DNA from: a virus
Virus record (IMG/VR): IMGVR_UViG_3300002835_000050
Span: 1 to 64,000 of that record
Strand: one strand, 5' to 3'
DNA: 64,000 bases
Positions 28,253 through 39,800 of this stretch are shown here, piece by piece. A program made the translations under genes and the position numbers. The notes beneath the pieces are model-generated. The model saw only the letters and a program-made list of their open reading frames with translations, was not told the origin of the DNA and did not search any database. Numbering within the stretch: position 1 is the first letter of the stretch; each line of letters begins with the position of its first letter.

Positions 28253-28294
28253 ACTTTATAGGTTTATTAAACTTATAAAATTTTAATATATTTA
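28250..28294 (+). promoter_or_regulatory. Putative promoter with palindrome (TAAACTT-tat-AGGTTTA-N20-TATATTTA)
   Basis: Near-identical architecture to 22355-22399. Confidence 0.55.
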
Positions 28295-28315
28295 CAATAT
28301 AGATAAAGATAAAAT

Positions 28316-31249
28316 ATGGCTACGTATTTACAAGGTGTCACAGATTATATTCCGCAATTTCAGCCTTTTCAGCCTGACTTAAATTTCTTTGGAAATGTAA
28401 TGCAGACTAAGCAAACTCAGTATGACACAAACTGGAAAGCTTTAAATAAAATGTATGGTCAGTACTATCATGCTGATTTAACAAAGGACAGTAATATTGC
28501 AAAGAAAGATAATTACTTAAAACAAATTGAGTTTAACTTACAAAGAGTTTCTCAATTAGATTTATCATTGGAACAAAATGTAGACCAAGCTACTCAGATC
28601 TTTAAACCTTTTTATGAGGATAAAGGACTGATGAAAGATATGGCTTATACTAAAAACAATATGAATCAAGTTAGTTATGGGCAATCTTTAAAAAATGCTT
28701 ACAACCAAGTAGAAAGAGACAGATATTGGAATGAAGGTATTTTGGAATTACAATATAAAAGACAAGAGTTTAAAGAGTCAACTGATGAAGAAGCTATGTC
28801 ATTTGAAGATACTGACTATACTTCTAATGTAGATGTTATTGGTAAGGCTCAGGAAACTGCTAAGGCTGCAGGTTTATCTATTGAAACTGTTGAGTTTAGT
28901 AAAGACGGTAAATTTATTGTAAAAAATAAAAATGGTGAACAGCTTATTGAACCTTTACAAAAGTTATTTGAAGCTAAATTAGGTAGTGATCCAAGTGTAC
29001 AAGCTAAGTATAAGACATTAGCATATGTAGATAGAAAAAATTATGCAGAGTATAATGCTGCTCAATTCAAAGGTGATAAGAATGCAGCTGAAATGGAATA
29101 TCTTGAGACTAATTTCAATAGACTTAAAGCTCAAAATATAGCAAGATTCAATGCACTTAAAGCTACATCTGCATCTTATGATGCTAAAATGCAAAATATC
29201 AAAAATCAAATTGATAAAGGTCAAGCTTCTCCTGATGCTAAATTAGCCTATGATCAGTATAAGATGAATAAAGATATTAATGATGAAGTACTTGCTAGAG
29301 CTGAACAAGAACAAAAAGAGTTGAGCTCAGGACAAAATGCAGCTTCATCTACTGGCTTTATTAATCCCTATGGTGACATTAAATCTTTAAGATACAAAGT
29401 TGATAATGCAATGGCTTCTTCATTAATGCAAAAAGATTTAGATGAGGCCGCCAACATCTTTGCATTTAAAGATGCTAAACAAGATATTGATGCTAATCCA
29501 TATGCTGTTCTTGCAGAAAAACATAAATATAGCATGTCAGAAATTGCTGCTAGAAATGCTGGTTTAGAAAGAGCAGCAGCATTACGTAATGCAGGAGAAA
29601 GAAAGAACAAACTTGATGAGTATGGTTTAAAGATTGGTACACATTACCGTGATGAAAAAACAGGAGAAGTAAGACCGGTTTCTGCATTAAATGAAATTTA
29701 TACTGAGTTTAATGATAAAGGTATTAGTACTGATAAGTATAATATGAAAACAGCTAGTGATCATATTAATAATATACAATCAGAAAATGTTGCAAAACCT
29801 TTCTTAAAAAATACTTTGACTTTAATGCAAGATCTTGTAAATAAAGGTCAAATGACTCAAGAAGAAGCAAGTAAAATTTTAAGTTATGGAAAAAATCCAA
29901 AAATTTCTATAAATAAGTTTAATGATAAACTTGATAAATATGGTGCTCAGTGGTTACGTACTGAAGTGGGACCTGATGATTTAAAAAATATTCAAAAAAG
30001 AATGGATACTTGGATAAGTCAAAATGGTGAATTGTCCGGACTATCTGGAGAAGATTATAAAAGTTATCAAACGTCAGCTCTTAAGTTTGATGACTATGCT
30101 AATTATTTAAAAGCAGATATTAAATGGAGAAAAGAAAGTTCTAAAGTTGTTGTTCAAGATTTGTATAGACAAGGTTACAAAAATGCTGAGTTTTTATATG
30201 ATGAAAAAGGAAACAAAAGAAGTGAAAAAGAATTTACTGCAGCTTTAATAAAAGCTAATAAAATTAAAAAAAGTGACAAGTATAGTCAACCAGATAAAAT
30301 AAATTTTGCTCCTTTAATGTCATCACAGGCGGTTAATGAAAAAGCTCCAACTAAAGCACAAGTAGATTACAATGAATTAGTAAATGCGGCTGCTGGTGTT
30401 TATTCATCTGGTAAAGTTAAAGCTCCAGAAGGTTTTGGTAGACTTGGTAAAATGACAGGTAGTGGATTATCAACAGGTAATGTAATACCTGGTGCAAATA
30501 CTACATGGGTAAATCCAAAAGCACATGGTACTAAAAGTACTGTATGGGCTGCTGAAAACTTTAGAACTTTAGCTAATATAGATTGGTCAGATGATACAAA
30601 AAATAGAGGTTCTCTTACAGGTATTAATAAAGAAAGTTGGAACAATCATGATGCAGAAACAAATGCAAAAGTAAAATCTGTATTTGACTTAATAAAAGCT
30701 GAGCTTACAAAACCTAATACTAAGATGGCAAACTTTAGAATGACTGTGTCACCTATTGCTGCAGGTTCATTAAGTAAATCAGCTATTACTGTTTATCCTG
30801 ATGCTGCGTGGTTAAAAACTTATGTTAAATCTGGTGAAAAAAATACAGGACCCGGAGTTCTTACTACTCAAGATTATAACAATGCTATAAAAAATGGATT
30901 CTCTTATATAGTAGACTCAAAAACTTTAGCAACTAATTCAATGTATATGGCTGCATTTCAATCTCCTTTAGAAGCTCATATTAAAGCTAATAAAAAATAT
31001 GAATATGTAGATCCAAGAAACCCTAATTATAAACTTTCTATAGCTCCAAATAAATTAGGAACTAGTGACTACACAGTTATTATGGGCTACCCTCTTTATA
31101 ACCCTAACTTAGGTAAATATGAATACAGAAGTGAAAGCTTTAGTACTTCAACATTAGGAGGTAATTTAGAAACAGCTAGAGAAATGGGTGTAAGCGCGCT
31201 TGATAGTATGTGGTTGTCAAATAAAAATTTAAATAATGGCAGATATTAA
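28316..31249 (+). CDS. Internal cargo/ejection protein
   Basis: 977 aa, helical, no Cys seen; directly upstream of the vRNAP gene trio. Confidence 0.55.
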   Translation: MATYLQGVTDYIPQFQPFQPDLNFFGNVMQTKQTQYDTNWKALNKMYGQYYHADLTKDSNIAKKDNYLKQIEFNLQRVSQLDLSLEQNVDQATQIFKPFYEDKGLMKDMAYTKNNMNQVSYGQSLKNAYNQVERDRYWNEGILELQYKRQEFKESTDEEAMSFEDTDYTSNVDVIGKAQETAKAAGLSIETVEFSKDGKFIVKNKNGEQLIEPLQKLFEAKLGSDPSVQAKYKTLAYVDRKNYAEYNAAQFKGDKNAAEMEYLETNFNRLKAQNIARFNALKATSASYDAKMQNIKNQIDKGQASPDAKLAYDQYKMNKDINDEVLARAEQEQKELSSGQNAASSTGFINPYGDIKSLRYKVDNAMASSLMQKDLDEAANIFAFKDAKQDIDANPYAVLAEKHKYSMSEIAARNAGLERAAALRNAGERKNKLDEYGLKIGTHYRDEKTGEVRPVSALNEIYTEFNDKGISTDKYNMKTASDHINNIQSENVAKPFLKNTLTLMQDLVNKGQMTQEEASKILSYGKNPKISINKFNDKLDKYGAQWLRTEVGPDDLKNIQKRMDTWISQNGELSGLSGEDYKSYQTSALKFDDYANYLKADIKWRKESSKVVVQDLYRQGYKNAEFLYDEKGNKRSEKEFTAALIKANKIKKSDKYSQPDKINFAPLMSSQAVNEKAPTKAQVDYNELVNAAAGVYSSGKVKAPEGFGRLGKMTGSGLSTGNVIPGANTTWVNPKAHGTKSTVWAAENFRTLANIDWSDDTKNRGSLTGINKESWNNHDAETNAKVKSVFDLIKAELTKPNTKMANFRMTVSPIAAGSLSKSAITVYPDAAWLKTYVKSGEKNTGPGVLTTQDYNNAIKNGFSYIVDSKTLATNSMYMAAFQSPLEAHIKANKKYEYVDPRNPNYKLSIAPNKLGTSDYTVIMGYPLYNPNLGKYEYRSESFSTSTLGGNLETAREMGVSALDSMWLSNKNLNNGRY

Positions 31250-34200
31250 TAATGCAGGTTTTAACCCATTAGATTCTTTAGGACCAGAATACGGTAGAAT
31301 TAATAGACCTATTTTAGATAATAAAGGTTTAGCTCCTTTTGAAGGTGATAAATTAGAAATGCCTAAAATTAATTTTCCTATTACTCCTTACTCAGATGTT
31401 CTTGAGTCACCCCAAAGAAATGTTAGAGAACAAGTTGTAGGTAATCCGCCTAATAAACCAGGAGCAAGTAAAGAAAAGTTTGATTTTGACTCTTACAAGA
31501 AAGGTATAAGTAATAAACTTAAAGCTGGTTTTGAAAGTTTACAAGATAATAGTACTTATGCTAAAGTATATTCATATGATGCTGGTCCAGATAGCAATGC
31601 ATTCTATAAAAGATATGCTGCATACGGAGCTGACACATTTGATAAGATTGGATTCTCTCCATTAAGAGATAATGAAGCTTTATTTAATTCTCATACTACA
31701 TGGTGGGATGATCATAAAAGAATGATGACTAATTCATTCTGGCCTTTATTTGGTAGAGGATTTGTAGCAGGACCTAAAAGTTTAGGTAGAATGCTTACTG
31801 GAGATTTTACTGGTACTGACATTGAAGATGCAAGAGCATATAAAGAGGCTGCTGCTATTGGTCAATCTAGTAAAAAAGGATTTGGTGCTTTTGCAAATAA
31901 TACTATGATGAACTTTGGTTACTCTGCAGGTATTATGTCAGAAGCAATCTTAGAAGAAATTGGAGGAGTATTATTAGCACCTGAAACTTTAGGTGGTAGT
32001 TTTTTTGCTGCTACAGCTAATGCTTCTAAAAATGTATTAAAAGCTACTAAAGGATTAGATGTTGCAGAAGATGGTTACAAAGCTGTAAATTCAACTTTGA
32101 ATGCAATTGATAATGTATCACAAGCAAGAACTTTTTGGCAAAATGCTAATAAGCTTGGTACTTCTGCATTTAGTCCTGTTGGAAGCACAATAAAAGGTTT
32201 TCAAGCTGCCAAAGCTGCAGATAACTTAAATAACTTAGGTAAAGCATTTAAAACATTTGGAGGTTTCTATAGAGATGTTCAAAGAATTAATATGGCTTTA
32301 TCTGAAGCTAGGCTTGAAGGCGGCATGGTTAAAAATGAAGTATATGATAAATTATATAATCAATACTATACTAAGAATAACCGTCCTCCAAGTGATGCTG
32401 AACAATATGAAATGATTAAACAATCTGAGAAAGCTTCACTTAATACAGTACTTTGGAATACAGCATTAATTTATGGAAGTAATGCAATTACATTCCCTAA
32501 TATAATGGGATCTAAAGGAGGTATTAGAAGTTTTATGAAGAACAGTCTTCAAGAATTTGCTACTGTTAAAGGTGGTAAGTTTGGAGATTTAGGAAAGATT
32601 GTATATGACAAGGGTCTTAAAAAAGTTGTTTTTGAAAAAAATAATCTTAAGAACTTAGCAAAAAGTTGGTTAAAACAACCAATTTACAAATCTACTATGG
32701 GAACTATAGGATACTTTAAAGCTAACTTTGCTGAAGGTATTCAAGAAAACTTACAAGAAGTTATCTCAGGTGCTAATGAAAGATACTATGTAGATAGTTT
32801 TAAAAGTCCTGCATTAAGATCACATAATTATTCTAAAGCTGTTGCTAAATATAATGAAGCATCTCAAACTGCTTATTTTGGTGATGAGCTTGGTAAACAA
32901 TTTACAGCTACGGGTTTTGAAACATTTGCTTCTGGTTTTGCTATGGGTGCATTAGCAACTCCTGTGAATGCTGTGTTTAATAATTTAAGTGTTGGTTATA
33001 ATAGAATTTTTGATAATAAAGCATATCAAGAGATTAAAGATAAAAAAGAAAAGATTGTAAATTCTTTAGCAGAACAACTTAATTCAATTGATGTTAATGA
33101 GTTTTTAAATGCTAGACCTTTTAATTATGCTACACAAGATGTTGTTGCTAGCATAAAACAATACGGGGATAAAAAACAAGCTAATGATGCTCACTTAGAT
33201 GCATTCATGAGTCAAATGGAAACAATGATTCAGACGGGCACAGTTGATGTCTTTAAAGATAGACTAATGGATTTAACTCAGTTATCTCCTGAAGAATTTG
33301 AAGAAGCTATCCCAACAGTACCTAAAGGTGAAGGAGCTGCTTATCAAAATAAAATACCTGACATCATTAAGAAAGCTAAAAAAATAGAAGAAAGATACAA
33401 GTACTATAATGAGAAGTTTCCTAATCCGGTAACTTATAATGAGATGCCTCCTAAAGATTCACCAGAATATGAGGATGCAGCTATATTACATAATGCTTGG
33501 AATAAAGGTATAGAGAATGCTATATATTTTAATGAAGCATTTGAAGATACTATGAATAGAAAGAAATCTATTATGGAAACATATCTTTCACAAGCTCCAT
33601 TAAAAGGCATGTCTCAAAGAGATTCTGAAGTTATATTTGACATTAAGAAACTTAGAAATGAACAGACTATTCTTAAAGATGAAATTTCTATTTTAAAAGA
33701 ATTAAATGATCCTGCATCACAATCTGAACTGCAGTTAAAAGAAAGAAAACTTGAAGCTTTAACTAAGTTAGGAGATAAAACAGCTACCTTAAGTAATTTC
33801 TTTAATAGATATGAAAGAGCAGAAGAAGTTAGAAAACAACTTCAAATTGAAAAAGGTGGAGAACCAGTTACAGATGAGGAAGTTGAAAAAACTTTAGATG
33901 AAGTATTTGGAGAGTATTCAGAAGAAAATAAAATTAAAACTTTTTCAGAACATGAAGCAGCATATAAAGATTATTTAAAAGCTCTTGCTAATGTAAATGG
34001 AGAATATTTATTTGATCAAAATATAGATGAGACTTATGAATTACTAGGACATCATTTTAAATTAGATTCAGAGTCTAGAAACTTAATGAAGTATGTAAAC
34101 TTATTACATGATCCTAATGGGTTTATAGAAAGTGTTCAGAGAAACCGTGTATGGATGAAAGATCTTTATAAAAGAAGAAGTGACATTTATAAACAAATGG

Positions 34201-36815
34201 TTGAAGAACAATTTAATTTAGTTATTGATAATACTTTATTAAATCATTTAGCTGATAGAGGTATTTATATTAGTCTTGATGATTTCCAAGATTGGAGATT
34301 AACAGGAACACCTCCTTCTGAGTTTTTTGATAATGCTAGAAAAATGGTTATTCCAGAAGGTACAGAGTTATATGATGAGTACTATAAGGAATTTGAAAAA
34401 GCTGCTTCATTAAAAAGTCAAGATTCTAGTCTTGTACCAGAATCATTAAATGAAGAACTTAAAAAAGATTTAGAGCAAGCAGATTTAGATATGGAAGCTG
34501 AATTAGATTCTATACCTAAAAAAGAAGTTAAGAATGTAATTAAAAATCTTAAACCTGATAGCGGTAAAACTTTAAGCTTAACTAAAATTAATACTGAACT
34601 TAATCCAAATGAATATGCCGAAGCTGAATATGGTGGAGACAATCCATTTGTTATTTTTAAGGATGAAGATGGTAATTTAAGATTAGAGAACATTGAGGGT
34701 GAGATTATAAAAGATACATCTAAAGTAGCAATTAACTTTAGTGAAGTAACTATCTATACTTTAGTTGAAAGAGCTGATCCAGAATTAGCTAAACCAGTTG
34801 TAGAAAAGTATGAAGCCTATAAAAATAAAATTAGAGATGAGTACGCTACTAAGATAGATAATCTTACTAAAGCTGAGGAAGCTCCAATTAATGATTTTGT
34901 ACCTATTGTTTCAGAAGTAAGCAGTGTTTTTAAATATCCTGCTTTATACAATACTCTATATACTAGCTTTACTGATAAAGTAATTAGTAAATTAGATCCT
35001 GCAGATTTAGATTCATTAACTGAAGAACAAGAATTAAACTTATTTAATAAATTCTTACAAACAGATAAAGAAGCTAAAACTGAAATAGAAAACTTTAATA
35101 AAAAACAAGTTACAGAAACTGAAGTAAAAGCTTCTCCTGAAAGATCTGATTTTGAATATATTTATCAAGGTAAGAAAAAAAACACAGCAGACTTAAAAAC
35201 AATAGCTGATTTAAGAAAAGCACAAAGAAGATTTAAGGCTTTAGTTGATGATATTACCAGTATGGAAAATCCAAACACTGAGGATATTACAAATAAAAGT
35301 AAATACAGTGTTATTGTTAAAGAATTTGATAAATTAATTCAAGCTAGATCTAAACAAAATTTAACTCCTGAATTAAGAACTGCTTTAGATAAAATAAACA
35401 AACTTAAAGAAGCACAAAGTGAAATACAAGTAGCTGATGCGGGTATGCTTATTGATGATGAAGAATATCAAAATGTTGAAACTGCATTAGGTCTTAAGAA
35501 AAATAAGGAGCCTTATAAGGTTTATATTGATGCTCAAATTAAAAACTTATTTGAGGGAATTACTCCACCAGTATTTGATACTAATGCTATATCTCAAGAA
35601 GCTTTTGATAACTTATTTGGTCCAAAAGGATACATCACTTCTATAAAGAATAGAGTAGATAATGGAGAATTATCTGTTATTGCTCAGGATCTTGCAGTAT
35701 ATGATTCAAATACTAAATTAGCAACTAATATTGATTTGTTATTAGCTGATACTCAAGGTAACTTACTTATTGTAAATACAATAAATGATTCAAAAAGTAA
35801 TTGGGATGTATTTACTAAAAAGGATAATCCAAATTCTAAGTTAAAAGATGTTAAGTTACTAGCAGTAGCTAAGGCTAATCTTTTAAATAATATGATTGGT
35901 GTAGATGCTAAAACATTAGTATTACCAATTGAGATGAGTGTAAGTACAGCTAATGATAAAATCATGATAGCTAATAAACCTACCTCACCTTCATTAACTG
36001 CTGTTGATGCTCTTATTACATTAGATAAAAAAGATGTCCAAGATCAGGTGAATAGTATTATTCCAATAGCTAAAAAAGAGACAGTTGAAACAAAAGTTGA
36101 AACTGAAAACATTAGCGTAGTTCCTGCTGATGCTGAATCAAGTGATGATACTCAATCTCCAGCTGTTGAGGCAGGAGAGCAAGAAAGAGAAACTAGATTT
36201 ATAGATGACAGTGTAAGATATGGAGCAAAAGAGTTTAAAGAAAGTTTAGCTAAAGCTGATATTACCACCTTTAATGCTGTTATGGCAGAGCTTAATCTTA
36301 AAATTCAAGAAGGTGTTGTAGATGTAAATGATCTTGAGACAATGTCAGAATTAGCAAAAGAAAGATTAGAACAATTAAAACAACCACAAAATGTAAAAAT
36401 TGTACCTGAATCTTTAACTGCAGATAAACAATTTGTTGCAAAAAGCATTATCTTTACAGAGCCCGGTAATCAAAAAAGTGAAATATTTGCTGAAGAAGAT
36501 GATACAGTAGTTATTAACTCTGTTAATACTAAAAATAAAACTGTATCTGTTTCAGCATTAGGTAGTTCAAAACAAATGACTATTGGTTTTAATGATATAA
36601 ATAAACTCTTTACATTAAAAGATTCAATAATGGATGCTACAGAAACACAAGATATGAGCCTATCTACAGAAGATAAAATTAAAATTAATGAGTCAATTGA
36701 CTTAGCTGATGGGTTTATAACAAATCCTGATAAACTTGGAAAAGTGGAAGGTGAGTCTTCTAGTAAATCACTAGAAGAATTAGATAATGAATTATTGAAT
36801 GACATAGATTGTTAA
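31236..36815 (+). CDS. Giant ejected virion protein (first of the vRNAP trio), with a degenerate PD-(D/E)XK-like domain
   Basis: 1859 aa; Gly/Ala-rich amphipathic N-terminal third; synteny with the vRNAP. Confidence 0.6.
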   Translation: MADINNAGFNPLDSLGPEYGRINRPILDNKGLAPFEGDKLEMPKINFPITPYSDVLESPQRNVREQVVGNPPNKPGASKEKFDFDSYKKGISNKLKAGFESLQDNSTYAKVYSYDAGPDSNAFYKRYAAYGADTFDKIGFSPLRDNEALFNSHTTWWDDHKRMMTNSFWPLFGRGFVAGPKSLGRMLTGDFTGTDIEDARAYKEAAAIGQSSKKGFGAFANNTMMNFGYSAGIMSEAILEEIGGVLLAPETLGGSFFAATANASKNVLKATKGLDVAEDGYKAVNSTLNAIDNVSQARTFWQNANKLGTSAFSPVGSTIKGFQAAKAADNLNNLGKAFKTFGGFYRDVQRINMALSEARLEGGMVKNEVYDKLYNQYYTKNNRPPSDAEQYEMIKQSEKASLNTVLWNTALIYGSNAITFPNIMGSKGGIRSFMKNSLQEFATVKGGKFGDLGKIVYDKGLKKVVFEKNNLKNLAKSWLKQPIYKSTMGTIGYFKANFAEGIQENLQEVISGANERYYVDSFKSPALRSHNYSKAVAKYNEASQTAYFGDELGKQFTATGFETFASGFAMGALATPVNAVFNNLSVGYNRIFDNKAYQEIKDKKEKIVNSLAEQLNSIDVNEFLNARPFNYATQDVVASIKQYGDKKQANDAHLDAFMSQMETMIQTGTVDVFKDRLMDLTQLSPEEFEEAIPTVPKGEGAAYQNKIPDIIKKAKKIEERYKYYNEKFPNPVTYNEMPPKDSPEYEDAAILHNAWNKGIENAIYFNEAFEDTMNRKKSIMETYLSQAPLKGMSQRDSEVIFDIKKLRNEQTILKDEISILKELNDPASQSELQLKERKLEALTKLGDKTATLSNFFNRYERAEEVRKQLQIEKGGEPVTDEEVEKTLDEVFGEYSEENKIKTFSEHEAAYKDYLKALANVNGEYLFDQNIDETYELLGHHFKLDSESRNLMKYVNLLHDPNGFIESVQRNRVWMKDLYKRRSDIYKQMVEEQFNLVIDNTLLNHLADRGIYISLDDFQDWRLTGTPPSEFFDNARKMVIPEGTELYDEYYKEFEKAASLKSQDSSLVPESLNEELKKDLEQADLDMEAELDSIPKKEVKNVIKNLKPDSGKTLSLTKINTELNPNEYAEAEYGGDNPFVIFKDEDGNLRLENIEGEIIKDTSKVAINFSEVTIYTLVERADPELAKPVVEKYEAYKNKIRDEYATKIDNLTKAEEAPINDFVPIVSEVSSVFKYPALYNTLYTSFTDKVISKLDPADLDSLTEEQELNLFNKFLQTDKEAKTEIENFNKKQVTETEVKASPERSDFEYIYQGKKKNTADLKTIADLRKAQRRFKALVDDITSMENPNTEDITNKSKYSVIVKEFDKLIQARSKQNLTPELRTALDKINKLKEAQSEIQVADAGMLIDDEEYQNVETALGLKKNKEPYKVYIDAQIKNLFEGITPPVFDTNAISQEAFDNLFGPKGYITSIKNRVDNGELSVIAQDLAVYDSNTKLATNIDLLLADTQGNLLIVNTINDSKSNWDVFTKKDNPNSKLKDVKLLAVAKANLLNNMIGVDAKTLVLPIEMSVSTANDKIMIANKPTSPSLTAVDALITLDKKDVQDQVNSIIPIAKKETVETKVETENISVVPADAESSDDTQSPAVEAGEQERETRFIDDSVRYGAKEFKESLAKADITTFNAVMAELNLKIQEGVVDVNDLETMSELAKERLEQLKQPQNVKIVPESLTADKQFVAKSIIFTEPGNQKSEIFAEEDDTVVINSVNTKNKTVSVSALGSSKQMTIGFNDINKLFTLKDSIMDATETQDMSLSTEDKIKINESIDLADGFITNPDKLGKVEGESSSKSLEELDNELLNDIDC

Positions 36816-36819
36816 TATT

Positions 36820-39800
36820 ATGAAAATAACTTGTGCTTTATCTCAATCTCAAATTGAGAAATTATATGCTAATGTTTATGGTTACATGCTTAATAAAGGT
36901 AATGATTTTGAGCCTAAACAATACATGATAGATTTATTTGATAAGCTTGCTAAAAAGAAAGATGTAGAAACTGCAGCTAAATTTTTGCAACAAGTACCAT
37001 CTTTAATTGGTACAGCATCATTTAGACCAGGTCTTGAACAGTTTGAGATTAGTACTGATATACTTAAACCATTAATAAATCAATTTAAAAGAGATGAGAA
37101 TGGTTTGGTTAATGTAGTTAAATATTTTAATCCAGTATTGGATCCTGAAGTAAAAAAAGAATTAGTTGAGAAAAAAGCTAATGATGCTTTTGATATTATT
37201 GAAGTAGATACAAATAGAATTATTACACAAGATTTTGATTTTAAACCTTATTCTGCATTATCTACAACAATGCAACAGTTTATTACTCAAAATCCAAAAG
37301 ATAAGACAAATGCAAGTGAAACTTTAGATCCTTCAAGAAAAGTTATTTATAATACACTAGATGCAATAAGATCTGTTGTTAATGATAATACAGCTTTTAA
37401 AGAAGTAGTTTACCAAGGTAAAGTATTAAAACTAAAACCTGTTAGACTAAATGAAATCAATCCTGTATTATTAGATAAAACAACTAATGCTCTATTAAAT
37501 AAAGCTGGTGCAATTAATGCTGGTAAAAAAGGTGTAGAATCTGTTACTCCTATAAATGAAATCTTCTTAATGGTTCTTTCAGATAGTAAAGGAGAATTAT
37601 TATACTTTACAGAAGATGGTAACATTACAACTCAGGATAAAGGTGGTAGATTAGTTTATCAGTTTTTAAGAGATGCTAGAAAAGATGGAAATAATATTAT
37701 GATAACTGATATGTATGGTTATCAAAATTCTATTTTAGATCCTGCTACTATTGCAAATAAAGCTGGAGTACCTGTTGAAGTTATTGAAGAGCAACAAAAT
37801 AAAGAATTTAAAGAACTTTATGACTATAGACAAAAGTTAATCAATAATGAAAAAGTTGATTTACTAGATATAGTAAGTGTAAGTAATGGTATTGCAGAAT
37901 ATGCTCCAGATAAATTAAATTTATCTAACATCTCTACAATCTTAAATGATAATGATGCAGCTATAAGAAGTATTGATACAGTTAACTCACCGCGTTCTGG
38001 ATTTATTGAAGGACAAGCTGTTATAACTATTAAAGGTGTTGAATATGCTGTTGATAGACCTAACATATCTTTAGACCTTATAAATAAAATTGCAACTGTT
38101 CTTACAAATAAAGACATTACAAATAAAAAGAAATATAGATTTGTTAGTACATTCTTAGCAGATAAAGCTTCTCCTTCAACAAGAAAACATAATATTACTT
38201 ATTTACCAAATAGTGATGTTTTACTATTTGAATATTCTGAAACTACTTTTGATGAAGGATATAGTAAAATGAAATCTGTAAACTTAGATAGTCCTACAGC
38301 AAAAAATGATATTGTAAAAGCTTTACAGTTTGCTTCTGGTAAAAACGGAAAATACTATACAGCTAAAATGACTATCAGTAATGAAGCACTAGATAAAGGT
38401 TATCAAGATTATAATTTGAATACAAATACATTAGATGATAATTATTCAAACTACATTGATCTATTAAAAACATTAGATAATACTAATATTAGTGTAGATC
38501 TTAATCCTGCTGGAAGAACTTTTAATAGTTACTTAAGATTTGCTTTACCAAATGAGTTTACAGAACAATTAGCAAATGCTCAAAAAAATACTGATGAGAT
38601 TGTTAAGGATGACTTATTTGAAACACTTTCTGAACCTGAAGATGAAAAACCTGTTTTTGGAGTTAAAGCAACTAGAGAAAAATTAATCAATGCTTTAGAA
38701 AAAAATGAAACAGTTAGTGGTACTATTTCTTTTGTAACAGGAAGTAAATGGTTATTAACAACACCAGAGGGTCAAGTAGTTGAGTTTTTTAATAAAGAAA
38801 ACAATATAACTAATGAAGATGTAATTAGTACAGCAACTCTTAATTTAATTCCAGAGATTACATTAGATAATAAACCTTTTACTAATGTAATTGAAGTTAA
38901 AGTTGGTAATAAATTTATTGGTTATGTAAGAGAAACTGAAGATTTTTCTAAACCAGTAAAACAAAAATCAATTGAGGAAATTGAAGCTGAGATAAATCAA
39001 GTTATTGATGGTAAAGGTGAAGCTACACCAGAAGATGATGGAGCAGCAAGTGTGTTCTTTCTTAGAAAAGGAAGTTTACCTGCAGATGTAACAGAGAAAC
39101 AAATCAAGGATGCTAAGAAATGGTGGACTAATTCTCCATTAAATAAACACATTGGTTTCAAAGAGGTAGCAAATATTGTTAACTCAGATGCTTATGCAAG
39201 ATTTACTAAATATGGAGCTGTCCTTAATGGAAACTTAGGTATTATAGAACTTGCTGATAAAGGTTCTATGGTAGATGTGTATCATGAAGCATGGCACGGG
39301 TTTTCCCAATTATACTTAAGTAAAGCTGAGAAAAAAGCTTTGTATAAAGAGGTACAAAAAAAGATGGGTTCTAAAGCTGACTTCTTTGATATAGAAGAAA
39401 ACTTAGCTGAAGCTTTCCGTGAATATGTAAGAACAGGGAAAGCTTTGAAAGGTGCTCCTAAGACAAACAGCATTTTCAAAAAGATCCTTAACTTCTTAAG
39501 AGAGTTGTTTGGAAAAGGTAGTGTTACTGATGTTACTGATATTAAAAGAGTTAATGAGTTATTTAATGAGCTATACTTAGGTACTGAACTTAATAAGTAC
39601 ACTCCTTCTATTGCTAATGTTATGTTTAATACATTAAATAGAAGCTTGGGTATAATCAAACCAGGTACTGCAGATGAACAAGTTCTTAATAGACAAGACT
39701 CTAATAAGTTAAAAGATAGTATGGATTCTATCATATCTGACATTGTAGATAATGAAGCTAAAAGAAGTAATAAGAAATCTGGTACTTTAAGTATATTATT

